A DNA stretch of 63,491 bases, filler included, from Globobulimina sp. (GCA_003354225.1; 48 parts of 48 records of this genome joined end to end with filler, not necessarily neighbours in it), one strand, 5' to 3'. Shown: positions 47,706 to 61,752, numbered from the whole stretch's first letter. Notes: generated from the sequence alone by a model not told the origin. Numbers and translations: made by a program.

Positions 47706-48927
47706 ACAAACAAAGGTGTAGTTAATAGTATTGTGGGGCTAAGAAATTTAGGGAATACATGGTTTATGAATACATCGATTCAAATATTATCGCAATCGCC
47801 ATACATTACACGTTATCTAAGCAAACGTGCGAAATTATCCAAAACAAAGGGTGGTGGTGCAGTCGGTTGGATATATAACAGTGCGCGTTCATACGTTGGT
47901 TATGGTAACAATGCTGATGATTCAATGTTGAATGCATGGACTGAATTATGTGATATTATTTACAATCAGCAACGATCATATTCCATAACATTAAAATCAA
48001 TTCCTGCAAATATTAGAGACGCATTAACTAAAATAGATAAGAATTTTGGTTCAGGTCTGCAAGACGATGCAATCCGTTCATTAGATTACATGTTACAAGC
48101 ATTAGATGAACAAATTGAACAGGAAATTAACAGTAAGAAAACTGGTCATGACATTATATACAAAGATAATATTCAAATATTCCATGGTCGAACATTAACT
48201 GAATTAGGACAAGAGGAACAGAGACATATTGGTGAGTTATTACGAGATCACAATCCAAATAATTCCATTTTGCGCAAATCATTTGATGGCATTGAACGTA
48301 TTATTTGCCAATGTTTAGAATGTAATACAATATTTCAACAGTATGCTACTTTACGTATTGTAGATTTGCCTGTTATTAGTCATGAAATCGTGTTGGGAAA
48401 TATAAATATTGTAACAAATAATAATTGTTATCGATTACCGCAAACATCAATGTTACAGCATTGTTCACTCAATTTAATAAAATATCATGTTGGGCAGTAT
48501 TTGTCCTCTCAATGTCAACATGCCGACAATCATAATTATGAAAACATGAAAATTGTAACAATCTCTGCAAAAAATGGTAAAGTGCAATGTATAAATAAAG
48601 CCAATTGCAAATTATCGGAATTACAATCAAATGATTGCATATTTGTCTTAGTTAGCAATAAACCCAAACACCAATGTCATAAATCGAGTGTATTGCAATT
48701 TAATTTATCTGTTGGTCAAACTAATAATCAATTGCAATTCACACAATTATCCGTTAAATATAATGATTATAATCCAAACGTTAGTTCTCTCCATCAACTG
48801 ATAAATAATGAAATTAAACAACAAGAAAATAACAATTGCGACGATATCGAAGAAAAATATGATTATTATATTGATTATGATGGACATATATCATATTATA
48901 ACAGAAATGAACCAAATCAACCAATTG
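47706..48927 (+). CDS. USP-family deubiquitinase-like protein with the Cys-box nucleophile replaced by Trp
   Basis: VGLRNLGNTWFMNTSIQIL (canonical GNTCFMN); QDDA; CLEC. Confidence 0.8.
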
Positions 48928-49027
48928 NNNNNNNNNNNNNNNNNNNNNNNNNNNNNNNNNNNNNNNNNNNNTTAATTAATTAANNNNNNNNNNNNNNNNN
49001 NNNNNNNNNNNNNNNNNNNNNNNNNNN

Positions 49028-49629
49028 AATGAATATATCCATAAAAAAAGGAATATTGCAGCAACAATATCTGTGGCGAGGCAGAGCCATAGAAACGAGT
49101 ATATTCCATCCATTCTGTTGTTAGTTGTGGATGGAATAATTGTTAGTAATTGAAGCAATGCATCAAATACTGTTAATATGATGGATATGATAAATGGTAA
49201 ATTGTTACCATTGTCGTAATCATTGTAGACCTTTATGTAAGCAATGATATGAACTATTGTTAATGGCATAAATTGAACTATTGTTTGTGTATGAAAACCT
49301 AACATCGCATCATTAACATTTTTAATAATAAATCCTTCCCAAAATATTAAAAAAGGTGCTAATGGAAAGAATATTAAAAAAGGTGCTGGGAATGCTTTAT
49401 ATAATAATCTAAAGTTTGCCATTGCTGCCAATATCATGATAGTGATTGAAAATATTAACAATGTGCTTTCGTCGTCATTTTTAAACATTACAGTGATTAG
49501 AATGTCATTCACGATGCTACAACACCAGATAATTAAGGTAACTGTCCCTATGCATGTTTGCCATGGTAACATCTTCAAATGTTTCTTAATTTTAAAGTTA
49601 ATTCTCTCACACTTGAAATTACTTACCAA
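49028..49629 (-). CDS. Multi-pass membrane protein fragment
   Basis: Several consecutive hydrophobic helices. Confidence 0.5.
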
Positions 49630-50351
49630 ACATCAACAACTTCCTTTCTTTCCATCCTTTCTTTACACCAACACTTATGATGGTATTTATCTTTTTTTTT
49701 GTTTATTGATAATAGATGATGATACATAATTCGATCGTACGTATTAAATGATAGTAAATATGCTTAAAAACCTGCCTCTACTGAGATCATTTCCTATTTA
49801 TGTAAAATAACAATATCTCACAAATGAGTCACAAGTTTTTCATTATAAATACACAGATGTCAAATAATTCTGGAAATTTCCAACATGATATTGATGATAG
49901 AAACAAATTGTCGTCGATCACTAACAACATATTACATACATTTTAATACAAGTTTAGTATGCAAATTAATACTTAATTATCAGTATTGCGGTCCTTATGC
50001 TTTTGTATCTGATTAATGAGAGTTTGAGGTGAGTACTGAGGTTAAAATAACTCCATTTTCTTGATTTTTCACCACAAATAATAGGAAATTACATTGCTTT
50101 TATTTGATTTGATGAGTAATATTGAATAATAATAAATAGATTTAGCTGACTAATTATTGTACGTTTTATGTGTTGGGACTTGAAAATTAAAAATTAGAAA
50201 ATGTGGATGTGCAATGGGTATGTTTTTATTTTTTATAGTTATTAGTTGCAANNNNNNNNNNNNNNNNNNNNNNNNNNNNNNNNNNNNNNNNNNNNTTAAT
50301 TAATTAANNNNNNNNNNNNNNNNNNNNNNNNNNNNNNNNNNNNNNNNNNNN

Positions 50352-50911
50352 ACTGTTGCATTGTCGGCAGTTAAATTCACAGTTGATACTTCTTTTTCTT
50401 TAATGAATCCTTTAATTTTTTTACCTACTGCCTTAGTCACCATGAATAAATTAACGATTTGGTTGTTTTGTTCTTCTGATATTCTTTTAGCAGTCCATGT
50501 ATTTCCATTTTGCTGCATTCTTTGCACTGAACCACGCATGGCATTACTTAACTGCACTCTTTGCAAGTTATTCCTTTCGACAATGGCAGCCGCATCATCA
50601 AAATACGGTCTAAATTCATCAATAATTGCACAGAATTTCTGATTTGGTTTGTTTCCTGTGAATTTATTACCTTGTGTTACACCATTTGGATTTACCTCAC
50701 AAATCATCTGCCCAATTCTTCTTTGTAATTTAAGTTGATCCTCATATTCTCTATATGATCGTTCATTACGGTGATCAAATGCCTCATTATCGTCCAATAA
50801 TTTGATAAGTTGAGGCATTTGATCACCCGGTTGAGTAAAGAGCAATGGACCCGGATATTTGGTCTTGTTAAATACTGGTTGATAATCTCGCGGTTGTTTT
50901 TTTTTTCCCAT
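50352..50911 (-). CDS. Hypothetical protein
   Basis: Open frame from ATG 50911 to the contig end, no confident motif. Confidence 0.4.
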
Positions 50912-51220
50912 TGTTGTTATTGTTGATGGAGAGAGTTATTTATAGTTTGCCGATGGAGAGAGTTATTTGTTAGTGTTGATGGGAAAGTTTGTTGATGTGG
51001 ATAGTTTGTTATTCCTGTCGATGAGGAGGTTTGTTGATGGAGAGATTTAGTTGTGAAATGTGAAGCTAATTATGTATTTTTAGCAAATTATGAACACGGA
51101 ATTCTGTATTTTTAGCAAATTATGAATACTATTACGAAAATTATGAATACTATTGTTTTAGCATATTACAGTATATATTTTATGTACACATATAATAAAT
51201 AACACACAACTGCCACTTAC

Positions 51221-51493
51221 TCAAACTGTTCTTCTACATTGAGGACATTTTCTGTTACCAACCTGTAACAAACATTTTTTATGAAAAGTATGAAAGCATT
51301 GTGTTTTGAAAATATTTTCACCTGCTTTCATTTCATCACGACAAATAGGACAGATACCACTATTACTATTCTTATTTACTAATGCAATTCTGTGTTTTTT
51401 CTTACATTGCCTTTCAGATGTGATCATGATCCAGTTGTTCCTTGATTTGTTTATCTTGTGCATTCCATCGCACTTGTAAACTCTTAGCTTCAA
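51221..51493 (-). CDS. RING-H2 finger protein C-terminus
   Basis: CPIC...CFHTFHKKC...CPQCR. Confidence 0.85.
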   Translation of the reverse strand: MKLRVYKCDGMHKINKSRNNWIMITSERQCKKKHRIALVNKNSNSGICPICRDEMKAGENIFKTQCFHTFHKKCLLQVGNRKCPQCRRTV

Positions 51494-52087
51494 TTGTTAA
51501 CTTTTTTGTGGAAAGATACAGGCAAAAAATCCTGCATATTCTCGATATTGTAATTCATGTGTAAGAACATAAAAANNNNNNNNNNNNNNNNNNNNNNNNN
51601 NNNNNNNNNNNNNNNNNNNTTAATTAATTAANNNNNNNNNNNNNNNNNNNNNNNNNNNNNNNNNNNNNNNNNNNNATGGTATTTTGCTTTGTTTCTGGGG
51701 GTAACTTTATTTTTATTGTATGTACATCAGAGGAACGATAGGCGCCATTATCAGTGTCTTTGGTCAATATGGTGTTTTTGTTATAATCCACGTTTATTAG
51801 CTTTGCGATATGTTTATGTGATTTGCCATCATTTGTTTTGCCCTCAGGATCTGAGTCATATTCAATTATTTGATGTTTGTTAAATTTTCGCGTTAACATT
51901 GCGTTTCCAGGCATCCATGTTTTCGGTACGGTGTCCTCTTTAGTTTCCTTTTTATCATCCTTTTGGAACATGATATAATTCACAGGATATAATAATGTAT
52001 GTAATGCATAATAACTGAATAACATACATATAACGCAACATTATTGAATACACCTTGCATTCCCTCGAAAATTCCCTCGAAAAATGA

Positions 52088-52604
52088 TTGCTGTTAACTG
52101 CCATGATGCAGTCACTGAAAACTCTTCAAAACATTTGTGGCATAATGACAACGGATAACAATGCAGAAGTCCCAACCAACCATGAACCGAAATCATCAGA
52201 ATTTGATTGCATCCAAAGTTCCCGCAAACACTCTATAAAACACTCATCCATTGGAGCAACCTCGCAAGGCACAGTAAACAGTGAGATCTTTAAATCAGTG
52301 GTGAAGATATTTGTTGTTCGCTGCTCACCAAATTATTCTCGTCCATGGCAAATGTCGTCACAAACACATTCCTCATCGACCGGTTTCATCATATCAAACC
52401 GCAGAATCTTATGCAACGCCCACGGTGTGACCTTTGCCTCTTCGATTCGTCTTCGCAAACATGGCGACAGCAAGAAATACGACGCCATCGTGGAACACAT
52501 CGGCCACGAATGCGATTTGGCGATATTACGTGTGGCCAACGACAAATTTTGGCGCAACTTATCCGCATTACATTTCGATGCAATAACCCCAGCTTTGCAG
52601 GACA
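52088..52604 (+). CDS. Deg/HtrA (Deg2/9/10-like) serine protease, N-terminal part
   Basis: [28 protein letters not shown] (His), HECDLAIL (Asp). Confidence 0.9.
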
Positions 52605-52899
52605 ACCCGAATGGGAATGCAATAACCGATATTTTGCGAATTTAAATGCGTCTCAAAGGCCACGCCGACCACTTTATTGTTCATAATGGTGGGCCCTCCG
52701 GAGTTTCCCGCATTGATCGCAGCGTCGATTTGCAATGAAAACAGGTTCTCCAAAGCATGCGAATACGATATAAAGCCGACGCGGCTCACTACGCCTTTGG
52801 TCACACAAATGTTGTCACCGCCAATCGGGTAACCGACCACAACGACGATGTCCTGCAAAGCTGGGGTTATTGCATCGAAATGTAATGCGGATAAGTTGC
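52605..52899 (-). CDS. Inverted continuation of the same Deg/HtrA protease
   Basis: [40 protein letters not shown] (Ser), NIGYCIP. Confidence 0.9.
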
Positions 52900-52999
52900 N
52901 NNNNNNNNNNNNNNNNNNNNNNNNNNNNNNNNNNNNNNNNNNNTTAATTAATTAANNNNNNNNNNNNNNNNNNNNNNNNNNNNNNNNNNNNNNNNNNNN

Positions 53000-54129
53000 C
53001 ATGCATTATAACTCGCCCTCGGACAATTAGCATGGAAATGAAGTGCATGCGCTGTATGTGTCAGGTTTTCAGAACATCGGATATTATGGATCTCATCTTC
53101 CAAAATAAACCGCGTGAGGTCAGATAATCTGCATTTCACTCTGTAATTAAATCTTTTAATCATATTATATGCCAATCGGTGCATAAGTTGAAAGCTCCGC
53201 GATTTGCCAATGAAATGAATCCAATGAGATTCAAAGTATTTTTCATGCACAAATATCTCGTCAAGTAATTCATTTTGAAACAGTTTATCATTGAAATTAA
53301 TAAACTTGTTTTGACCCAAATATTTGACATATTGCTTGTTATGATTTTGCATGATCCAAAAACTGCCATCCTTGTGTTTGTATGACATATATCTGTTACT
53401 GGTATGACTTGCAACTAACTGTGATTCATTAATATAATTTGGATCATTTTTAATAATCTGCACTTTTTTGCTAAACATAGACTTGAGCATAATATGATTA
53501 GTTGACGGCTTTTTTAAATTATTGATATGACAGTTAACAGTGCCTTGATATCCAATGAAATCTAAACGAATATTCATAGTGTACCAATTGTGTGTATTTG
53601 CAATGTAAGAGCCCGTATAAATTAGTCCAATATAAGTACCATTAAACAAATCAATTACAGAGCCTTCAATGAAATATGCATTGTGATTGGAATCAATATC
53701 GTTTGTATTTTGGAAATAAAATTTAAAACTCGCACCGCCAAAACTACAGTGCTCACCAAATTGGTCAAAACTTTCAATGACACATTTTATGTGCATATTA
53801 CTATAAAATACCCTATTATTTGATGGACGGCATAGTATTTTTATAAATGATATGTCGCACCATTTGTGCGTATTGTTGTAATTATCCCACTCATAACAAG
53901 TTGCATTTGTGTTGTCAGTGTTGTCAATAAACTGCATTGATGCATTTAGTGTTTCATCCCATATATCATCATTCCGTACATTGTAATATTGAGCATTAAA
54001 TACATTGTAATATATAATCACAGCACAAATAGTAATCAGTATGAGTGAAATTACGTACTTCTTTCGAATTTTAGGTTTACGCAGACTTGTCATATTTTTG
54101 ACTTTACTTCTCTGAACGATATATCCCAA
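53000..54129 (-). CDS. Type II membrane NXPE/PC-esterase-like protein, 3' truncated
   Basis: N-terminal TM; DQFG...GGASF...GSVIDLFNGTY (NXPE Ig-like module); WIHFIGKSRSFQ at the GDS position. Confidence 0.6.
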
Positions 54130-54323
54130 AAGATAACCCTCCCCCCTTGTCGATAAGTTGTATACATTTGATTCAATTATCTGAGAAACGCTTTGTAAAT
54201 GCAGAAGCTGTGTGCTATCGGTTNNNNNNNNNNNNNNNNNNNNNNNNNNNNNNNNNNNNNNNNNNNNTTAATTAATTAANNNNNNNNNNNNNNNNNNNNN
54301 NNNNNNNNNNNNNNNNNNNNNNN

Positions 54324-55319
54324 TGACATGGATAGGATATCATCATCATTTGGTGATAAATCAGGTAAAATATCTGCTTTCGAATTACAAATCCATGGAA
54401 GTTCACTGTAATCACAGATTTGTTTTGGTAAAGTGTTGTTTTGTAATGGTTTAAAAATGTACAATTCATCACAATTTATGTTGTGTATGGCATTGCTCAT
54501 AATTAAAATAATAGATCGCGAATATGATTTTGTATCATTAAGTTCATCAAATTGGCGTATTAAATCATATAAATCTTTGTCATAATAATCAGTTTCGTGT
54601 TGTTTGCTTTTATTTTTTTTTAATTGTTTGTATGTAATACCTAATTTATCAAAATATTTACAGTTAATGGTTGGGATGGAATATGGTACAAATATAACAT
54701 CCATTTGATGCATTTTATCGTTGTTAAAGTCGCCGACATTGATTTTAGTGCGGTATAGCAAATAATGATGGATTGTCGACGTATAATATAATATTCGAAA
54801 TAAATCGTTTTTCTTTTTGAGAATCGGTCGAGTTATTTCGTTCTCGTAACATTCACATTTTTGATCGTATTCATCCTCATAACTCAATGTTTCATCACTA
54901 TCAAATAAGGTAAGAGAAGATGCAGAAACATCCGATAAATCAGAATAACTGTGAAACATTGATTTATTTATTGGAGAAGCGATATATTTTGTATACTTTC
55001 GCAGATACGCACAAATCATGGAATATACTTTAACATTTTCTATCTTTAATATGGACAAAAATGTACTGTTTTCAATAAATTTTGGAATGGATATATTTTC
55101 TATATCTTGTTGCAGAACATATTGATCGTATATATCGTAAAAAAATTGTGGCGTAGATATAATTTCTAAATCAAACAAATCTTTTTGATGTATCTGTGGC
55201 ACATAATCTCCAGTACATGTGTTGAGAATACATGTATATGTATATGCTGCACATTTATTTGGTCTGCAATTACGTAGCGCCTTTGTTATGTTTTGAATAT
55301 AGAAACAGTTGATTTGCAT
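54324..55319 (-). CDS. Hypothetical protein
   Basis: Long open frame, no motif. Confidence 0.4.
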
Positions 55320-55647
55320 TTAATTATGTAGATATAGACAACTTAACGTTACAAAATGATGATACCATCTTTGTTGACAATGTTTTGTTGTCTCCTAAAT
55401 TCATATTTGTGCTTTATTCAGAGACCATGGAATTATTAGAGTAAAAAGTTTTGGTAGAGCAACAATAAAGTGCCAAAAAAGAAACATTTTTTGCAATGGC
55501 AAGCAGACTGACTGTGTTTTACTTTTTAAGTATTTTAGTTAAAATATNNNNNNNNNNNNNNNNNNNNNNNNNNNNNNNNNNNNNNNNNNNNTTAATTAAT
55601 TAANNNNNNNNNNNNNNNNNNNNNNNNNNNNNNNNNNNNNNNNNNNN

Positions 55648-56864
55648 TTTGATATTGAATTATAATGCAAATTAAAATATCTCTGGATTGACATTAAACA
55701 TTCTTTTGTTTGGATCATAGATCTTTTATGGTTGTCTTCAAAGTGAGTAGTTTTGGCCTCAGGCAACCCCATAAAAGATCGAATGTCAGCACCTCTCTGT
55801 TCATAACGATGAGATTCTAACATTGCAATATTAACAGCATCCATTTCTGACTGTGCATAATCAATATCGTCATTAATATCGATTTTTTGCTCATCATTCT
55901 CAAATTTTTCACATTCATAATCTTTCTTTGTGGTTTTCATCCAATTATATTCAGGATTATCAAACTGAAAAAACTGTTTATTTTCATCATAAAGACTGGG
56001 TAACAAAACTTTAAACAGTTTTTCAACATCTTTTCTTGCTCTGTTAAATTGCCTCTCTAATTTAACACCGCTCAATGATCGATCTGAAGTGATTGTGGTT
56101 TCATTTATCCTCTCATATCCATCCAATCGATTACTTTTAACGTCCCATCCAGGCCTTTCATTTAAAATTGCCAAAATAATATCTGATTTAAGTAATAATT
56201 CAGTTGCATCCAATGCTGTTAATGTACCATTTTGCATAGACCGAATAATCGAAAAAAGATCCTCCAAACTTTGTGATTGTAAATGATGCAAAAATATCTG
56301 ATATCCATCCATATGCAGCTTAAATTGGTCATCATTCAATAACTTATAAATAAATTGAAATACACCTTTTGCAGTCATTTGTTTCGCAACAATTTTTTGC
56401 GACGTTTCATATTTTGTACCGTTTCTATCAAAAAGTATCCAATTACCGCATGCTGCAAAAGCAAAATTATACAAAATATTATTCCAATTTATGTTTCTAT
56501 CAAATAAAGTGACCACATATGCTGACTGAATCTCAACATAAACAATAAATTCATTTAATTTTAACGCGTCCTGCCCACTTAATAATGTTTTTAATTCATT
56601 AATATTTTCATCCTCAATGATTTTGGTGCAAACATCAATAAAAAACAATTGATTTTTAACACTCATTGGATCTTTCTTGTAGCATACAAATAAATTATCA
56701 TATTTCTCTCTTGATTCTTTTAATTGTTTCCAAACTTCCAATTTATTACCAATTCGCTTAATGTATTCCAATGTTATGGTATATTTATATATTTTACATC
56801 CTTTTCTAGACATTAAACCAAATGAACTTTTCCCATTATGTCGCTGGTCACTTGTGAAAATCAA
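55648..56864 (-). CDS. Hypothetical protein fragment
   Basis: Frame open across the whole contig, no motif. Confidence 0.5.
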
Positions 56865-56986
56865 ATAATTTNNNNNNNNNNNNNNNNNNNNNNNNNNNNN
56901 NNNNNNNNNNNNNNNTTAATTAATTAANNNNNNNNNNNNNNNNNNNNNNNNNNNNNNNNNNNNNNNNNNNNGGTGATCCGAATGAT

Positions 56987-57928
56987 TTGCATTATTTTAA
57001 TGGCAAATGGGATAATTTAAATGCATTTTCTTTATGTTCAAACATGAAACGCAACATTGTGCATAATTATCATTATATATTAATGGAGGATGAGAGTCAT
57101 AGTAACCATCATGATATAGATTGCAATGCTTTTCTATTAAATGGAAATAATAATAAATTAATTGTATGTGATTTCGATGAGTATAATGTTAATGACTTAT
57201 ATTTTATTTCCTTATTTGCTGTTCCTCAAAACAATATCTTCAACAATAAATCATCAAAAATATACTTAAATTCACAATGGTTTGACATTAATGTTGCTGA
57301 GCAACAGAAAAGTACTTACAAGCAATGCGAATCATTATTATCACAACAATCGTCAACGCATACTTTGTATGGAATATTTGGGTGTGACATAGTAACTGAA
57401 TCACCAACATCTGAACCGAGTATCCATCCAACATTTAATGTATCGGGAAATGGCGAAGATGATAATTCAATGGATCGTTATCATTCAGATTTTATGACCA
57501 CAATCACTGTATTTTTGATTGTAACATTGCTTATATTGACTATAGTGGCTTTATTTGGATATCGTTATCGAAACCAACAAAAAAGAAAACACCAGTTCGA
57601 CACCAGGAAAATAATAAAAATGGAAACAGAAATTGCTGATTTAAAATCTACAATGAATAAGAATCAAAGTAATATTAATAAAGCCGTAAAACCGCCATCT
57701 TATTTGTCGAGTACAGACAGTGATCAATGTTTAGTTTGCTGTGATGCAGTGGCTAATATGTTTAATTATCCATGTGGCCATGTCTCTTATTGTTCAAACT
57801 GTTCAGATGATGCATTAAAAAATGATAACAAATGTCCAAACTGTAGAGAGATTATAAAAGAATGCAAACTTATATTTTCTGGAGGATTTAAACAAAATTC
57901 TGTTTATCAAAATACAATAAAAGACTGA
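56987..57928 (+). CDS. Single-pass membrane protein with a cytosolic C3HC4 RING
   Basis: TM ITVFLIVTLLILTIVALFGY; CLVC...YPCGHVSYCSNC...CPNCR. Confidence 0.85.
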   Translation: MHYFNGKWDNLNAFSLCSNMKRNIVHNYHYILMEDESHSNHHDIDCNAFLLNGNNNKLIVCDFDEYNVNDLYFISLFAVPQNNIFNNKSSKIYLNSQWFDINVAEQQKSTYKQCESLLSQQSSTHTLYGIFGCDIVTESPTSEPSIHPTFNVSGNGEDDNSMDRYHSDFMTTITVFLIVTLLILTIVALFGYRYRNQQKRKHQFDTRKIIKMETEIADLKSTMNKNQSNINKAVKPPSYLSSTDSDQCLVCCDAVANMFNYPCGHVSYCSNCSDDALKNDNKCPNCREIIKECKLIFSGGFKQNSVYQNTIKD

Positions 57929-59958
57929 GACTGAGAGCTCTTGCTCTGTGACACCTGTGCTTTTGCCTAATTTCAACAACAAAAAAAATCAACAAAATAG
58001 TTGCTTCGAAAATTAATATTATTTATATATAATGGCATTATAACTTTTTATAAGAACAAAACACAATATTTCAAACATATTTATTTATTTTCACGTTTAA
58101 TGGCAATATCTTTAGGTCCATGGAATCCCGTTTCTTTCATCAAACTCCAGCCGTTACTCTCAAATTGTAACTGAAATGAATCAAATATACTTTTGNNNNN
58201 NNNNNNNNNNNNNNNNNNNNNNNNNNNNNNNNNNNNNNNTTAATTAATTAANNNNNNNNNNNNNNNNNNNNNNNNNNNNNNNNNNNNNNNNNNNNTCTTT
58301 ACTTCTTTCGTAATATTGGTTGATAGTTTGATGATTGGTTTAGATGTCAGAGAGGATTGGTGGTTGAGATGGATGTGAATTGTGAACGAGACATTCATTG
58401 CTTGGATTAATATTAATTCCGATTTCCGAACTTGGAGAATTAAATCGCATTCGTCATTGTTTATGTGCACAAAGAATGAATGCAATGAACGTGAAACACA
58501 TCACAATTGTTTATGTGCACGTTTTTGTTGTTTAACCAATCACCATTCTCGACGCGTAACCACCATATTAGTGCATGTTAGATATTAGGTATATAACTAA
58601 TTCCAGCCATTGAAACACACCGTGATAAGTTGGTTTGGCCTCATGTGTACCGTGTACCGTGTACAGTATAGCATTGGCACGATTCAGTTTTTTTATTTGT
58701 TGAAGCAAAGCAAAGTTTTTTATAATCTCAAAAAAGTTATAAAAAAATACAGATGGGATCGTTGTGTCGGTAGTAATTGTATTATTAATAGTATTGTGTA
58801 AGTCTGTTGTGTGCGTGTTGTGTAAGTGAGTAGTTATCAATCAACAAAAACAAACAATTTATCTTCCTCTACCTCGGCCTCGTTGTCGACGATAATTCCT
58901 AAATCCACCCCTTCCTCGCTGCCATCGTTGTATATTATTATTAAGATTTTGAGCATCCATAAATGTAATATAGATATTGTATGTGTACGAATAGATAGTT
59001 TTACTTAACACAGAAATTAGTATCACCATAAAATATATTCGGTGGGTCAACACTTTGCAGCACATCAATAAATTCAATAACTTCATTGTTAGTATTTGTG
59101 ACACGGACTGTAAGCGGAGCACTGAATGACAAACCACCATAATCCGCATTAATTATCAAATTGCCAATCATTATATGTTGAATCTACACCAATTACATAC
59201 GATACATAATTACTGCCATCCTTAACTTCCACTTTTGTCACAGTGCCGCAGCATAACTCATCAATAAACTAAAAACATTTAATATATTAACACTGATATT
59301 TGTATAAAATATGTGCATAGATACTTAACAAATGCAAGCCACCACGATGAGCTTCCAGTTTGCAGTGTAAATTTGGCGAACAAACCACAGGATGGACCGG
59401 ACATTGATGAGGTTGTTGGCTGTGATACGGGTGCTGCTGTAACAGAGGTCGGTGATTTAGTGGTTGGAATTAAAGTCATTGCAGTCGGAGTTGCCTGATT
59501 ATTTTAATTGTACATATATNNNNNNNNNNNNNNNNNNNNNNNNNNNNNNNNNNNNNNNNNNNNTTAATTAATTAANNNNNNNNNNNNNNNNNNNNNNNNN
59601 NNNNNNNNNNNNNNNNNNNGCGATTGGATGAATTTGAGAAATTATTTGAATATTTGTCATTGAATTATGCGCCAAAGATTGAATATGAAATTATTGGTAA
59701 AATACCAAACTGGAATCTGGTCATAGAGTTACATTTAAATTCATTGCTAAAATGGTGTGAATATCATAATATTATTTGTTTTCAAGATATTGATAAGCAA
59801 CATATGTTAAACACAACTTGTTTGCAGTTATTACCACAAATAATCACAGATAAGCAAAAAAATAGTATACAATCAAGAAAACAGTTATTCAAAGACATAA
59901 AAACTACATTGTTTCAGTAATCCTTGCACTTTGCTGCTAAGTTTTTTTTACTGTAACA

Positions 59959-60843
59959 ATGGCAGATATGTTTTCTGAGACAAAGGGAAATGACCGTGAT
60001 AGCGAAGAACGTCTTTATAATCTTGGTGACATTGTAGAACTACGAAAGCCAAGAGGCATTTTAGGAACTATAAAGTATATCGGTCCAAAGAGAAACAGAA
60101 ACAATGACTTGATATCAAATGACACACATTATGTTATTCAGTTAGCCGAATATTTAGGTAATGGCAATGGTAAATGGAATGGATGCCAATACACACGATA
60201 TTTGCGGCCAGATAAAACCATGCATTTATGTAAAATCAACAATATTCGCTGTAAACGCAGTTGTGAGGATATTTTAAAAGCTTTGTATAACATATTACGC
60301 ACAAACAACAAATTAAAAAAACAAGTTAAACAGCAACAAAATTATATCACTGAATTACAAGATATTAATTACAAATTTGAACAGCATTTAAACTCACAAA
60401 TCTGTTATTTTATGCCAAAAAAATATGAAAATAGCAGTAATATGAAGCAATTACCAAATTTACCCATATTGCCCTCGGCTGCAGAGACAGTATCAACACC
60501 GCATCAGTTGGAATTCGGTGGCCGTTTACCTTCAAAATCGTCATTAATACCACATTCTGATCATAACAATGATATTGATACTTCTTCTTCGAATTCATCA
60601 TCTGAGCGATCGGAGAGATCGGAGCGAGTAAGAAGTGAGAAATGGGTCACATTGAATGCAAATAATACAACACCACCACCTCCATCCCATGCACATATAC
60701 AACGTCGACCACACAAATTCAATAATTCATTGACTATCGATACATTGCATCAGAAAACAAGGAGGTCACATCAACGGAATGAGAGTGAAGATTATCATGA
60801 AACATTTAATAAAAATAGGAAAATTATGCACATGCATCGACAT
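59959..60843 (+). CDS. CAP-Gly domain protein with coiled coil and disordered tail
   Basis: LGDIVEL...GTIKYIG...YVIQL...GNGNGKWNG.QY (divergent GKNDG motif). Confidence 0.7.
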
Positions 60844-60943
60844 NNNNNNNNNNNNNNNNNNNNNNNNNNNNNNNNNNNNNNNNNNNNTTAATTAATTAAN
60901 NNNNNNNNNNNNNNNNNNNNNNNNNNNNNNNNNNNNNNNNNNN

Positions 60944-61642
60944 GAAGACATTGCAGCACTGAAATCAGCAAAATCAATTTCTTTATTATTATCTATATCA
61001 AATTTACTCCACACTAATTTTTGTAAATCTTTATCGATATCAATAACCATTCCGAATGTACGCATTGCTTTTGCTAAGCCAACCATATCCATTTTATCCT
61101 TCTCCCAATTCATAGTTGCATATCGTTTAAATATTTCATACAAACTACATAAATTACTCTGGTTTTTGATTTGTTCATCGAATATGTTATCACATGCTAT
61201 AATTTAAATATGTTTGATGTTTCTGACACTCTGGAATCGGCATTGCAAATATAATTAAATTGTACATACTCTGTTTAACTTTTTCCCGCTCAAATTTTTG
61301 CTCTGTTTCTTGTATTTGCATTTGGATTTGAAATTGCAATCTATCTTCATCTAAACTTAAATCTAATCGTGACTTGATTGGGGAGTGTTGTATTGGTGTC
61401 ATGTCCCATGCCGACAATCTTTTTGTTGCAATTGATAAAGATTTGGTGATGGTTATTTTTATTTCTTTTATCTCTGTTGTGGGGATTCGGATAGATTCTT
61501 CTGGATTGTCACCTTCTACAGCTTTGGATGTTGTTGGTGTGTTATCTGCTGGCGACTGTGTACATGTTGTTGTTGTTGACGATATTGGAGATGTTGGAGG
61601 TGGGTCGGCATAGCTACTACTGAGTGAATTGCAACAACCCAT
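60944..61642 (-). CDS. Lipid-anchored (MGCC) EF-hand protein; intron 61197-61269
   Basis: N-terminal MGCC acylation-type motif; the phase-1 intron joins to DIDNNKEIDFADF. Confidence 0.7.
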
Positions 61643-61752
61643 CTTAGTAGAAAATGAAATGATAAAACTCTTGATAAAAAAAGTGATTAGGTTTTTTTAT
61701 CCCGTTTGCAAGTTTAATATTTTTGAGTATTATATAAAGTAACTTTTATAAC

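Noticed and set aside
59160-59479. Expansin-like/CBM63 fragment (SSWWLAF...VTKVEVKD)
   Set aside because: The resemblance is too weak and the exon structure could not be resolved.
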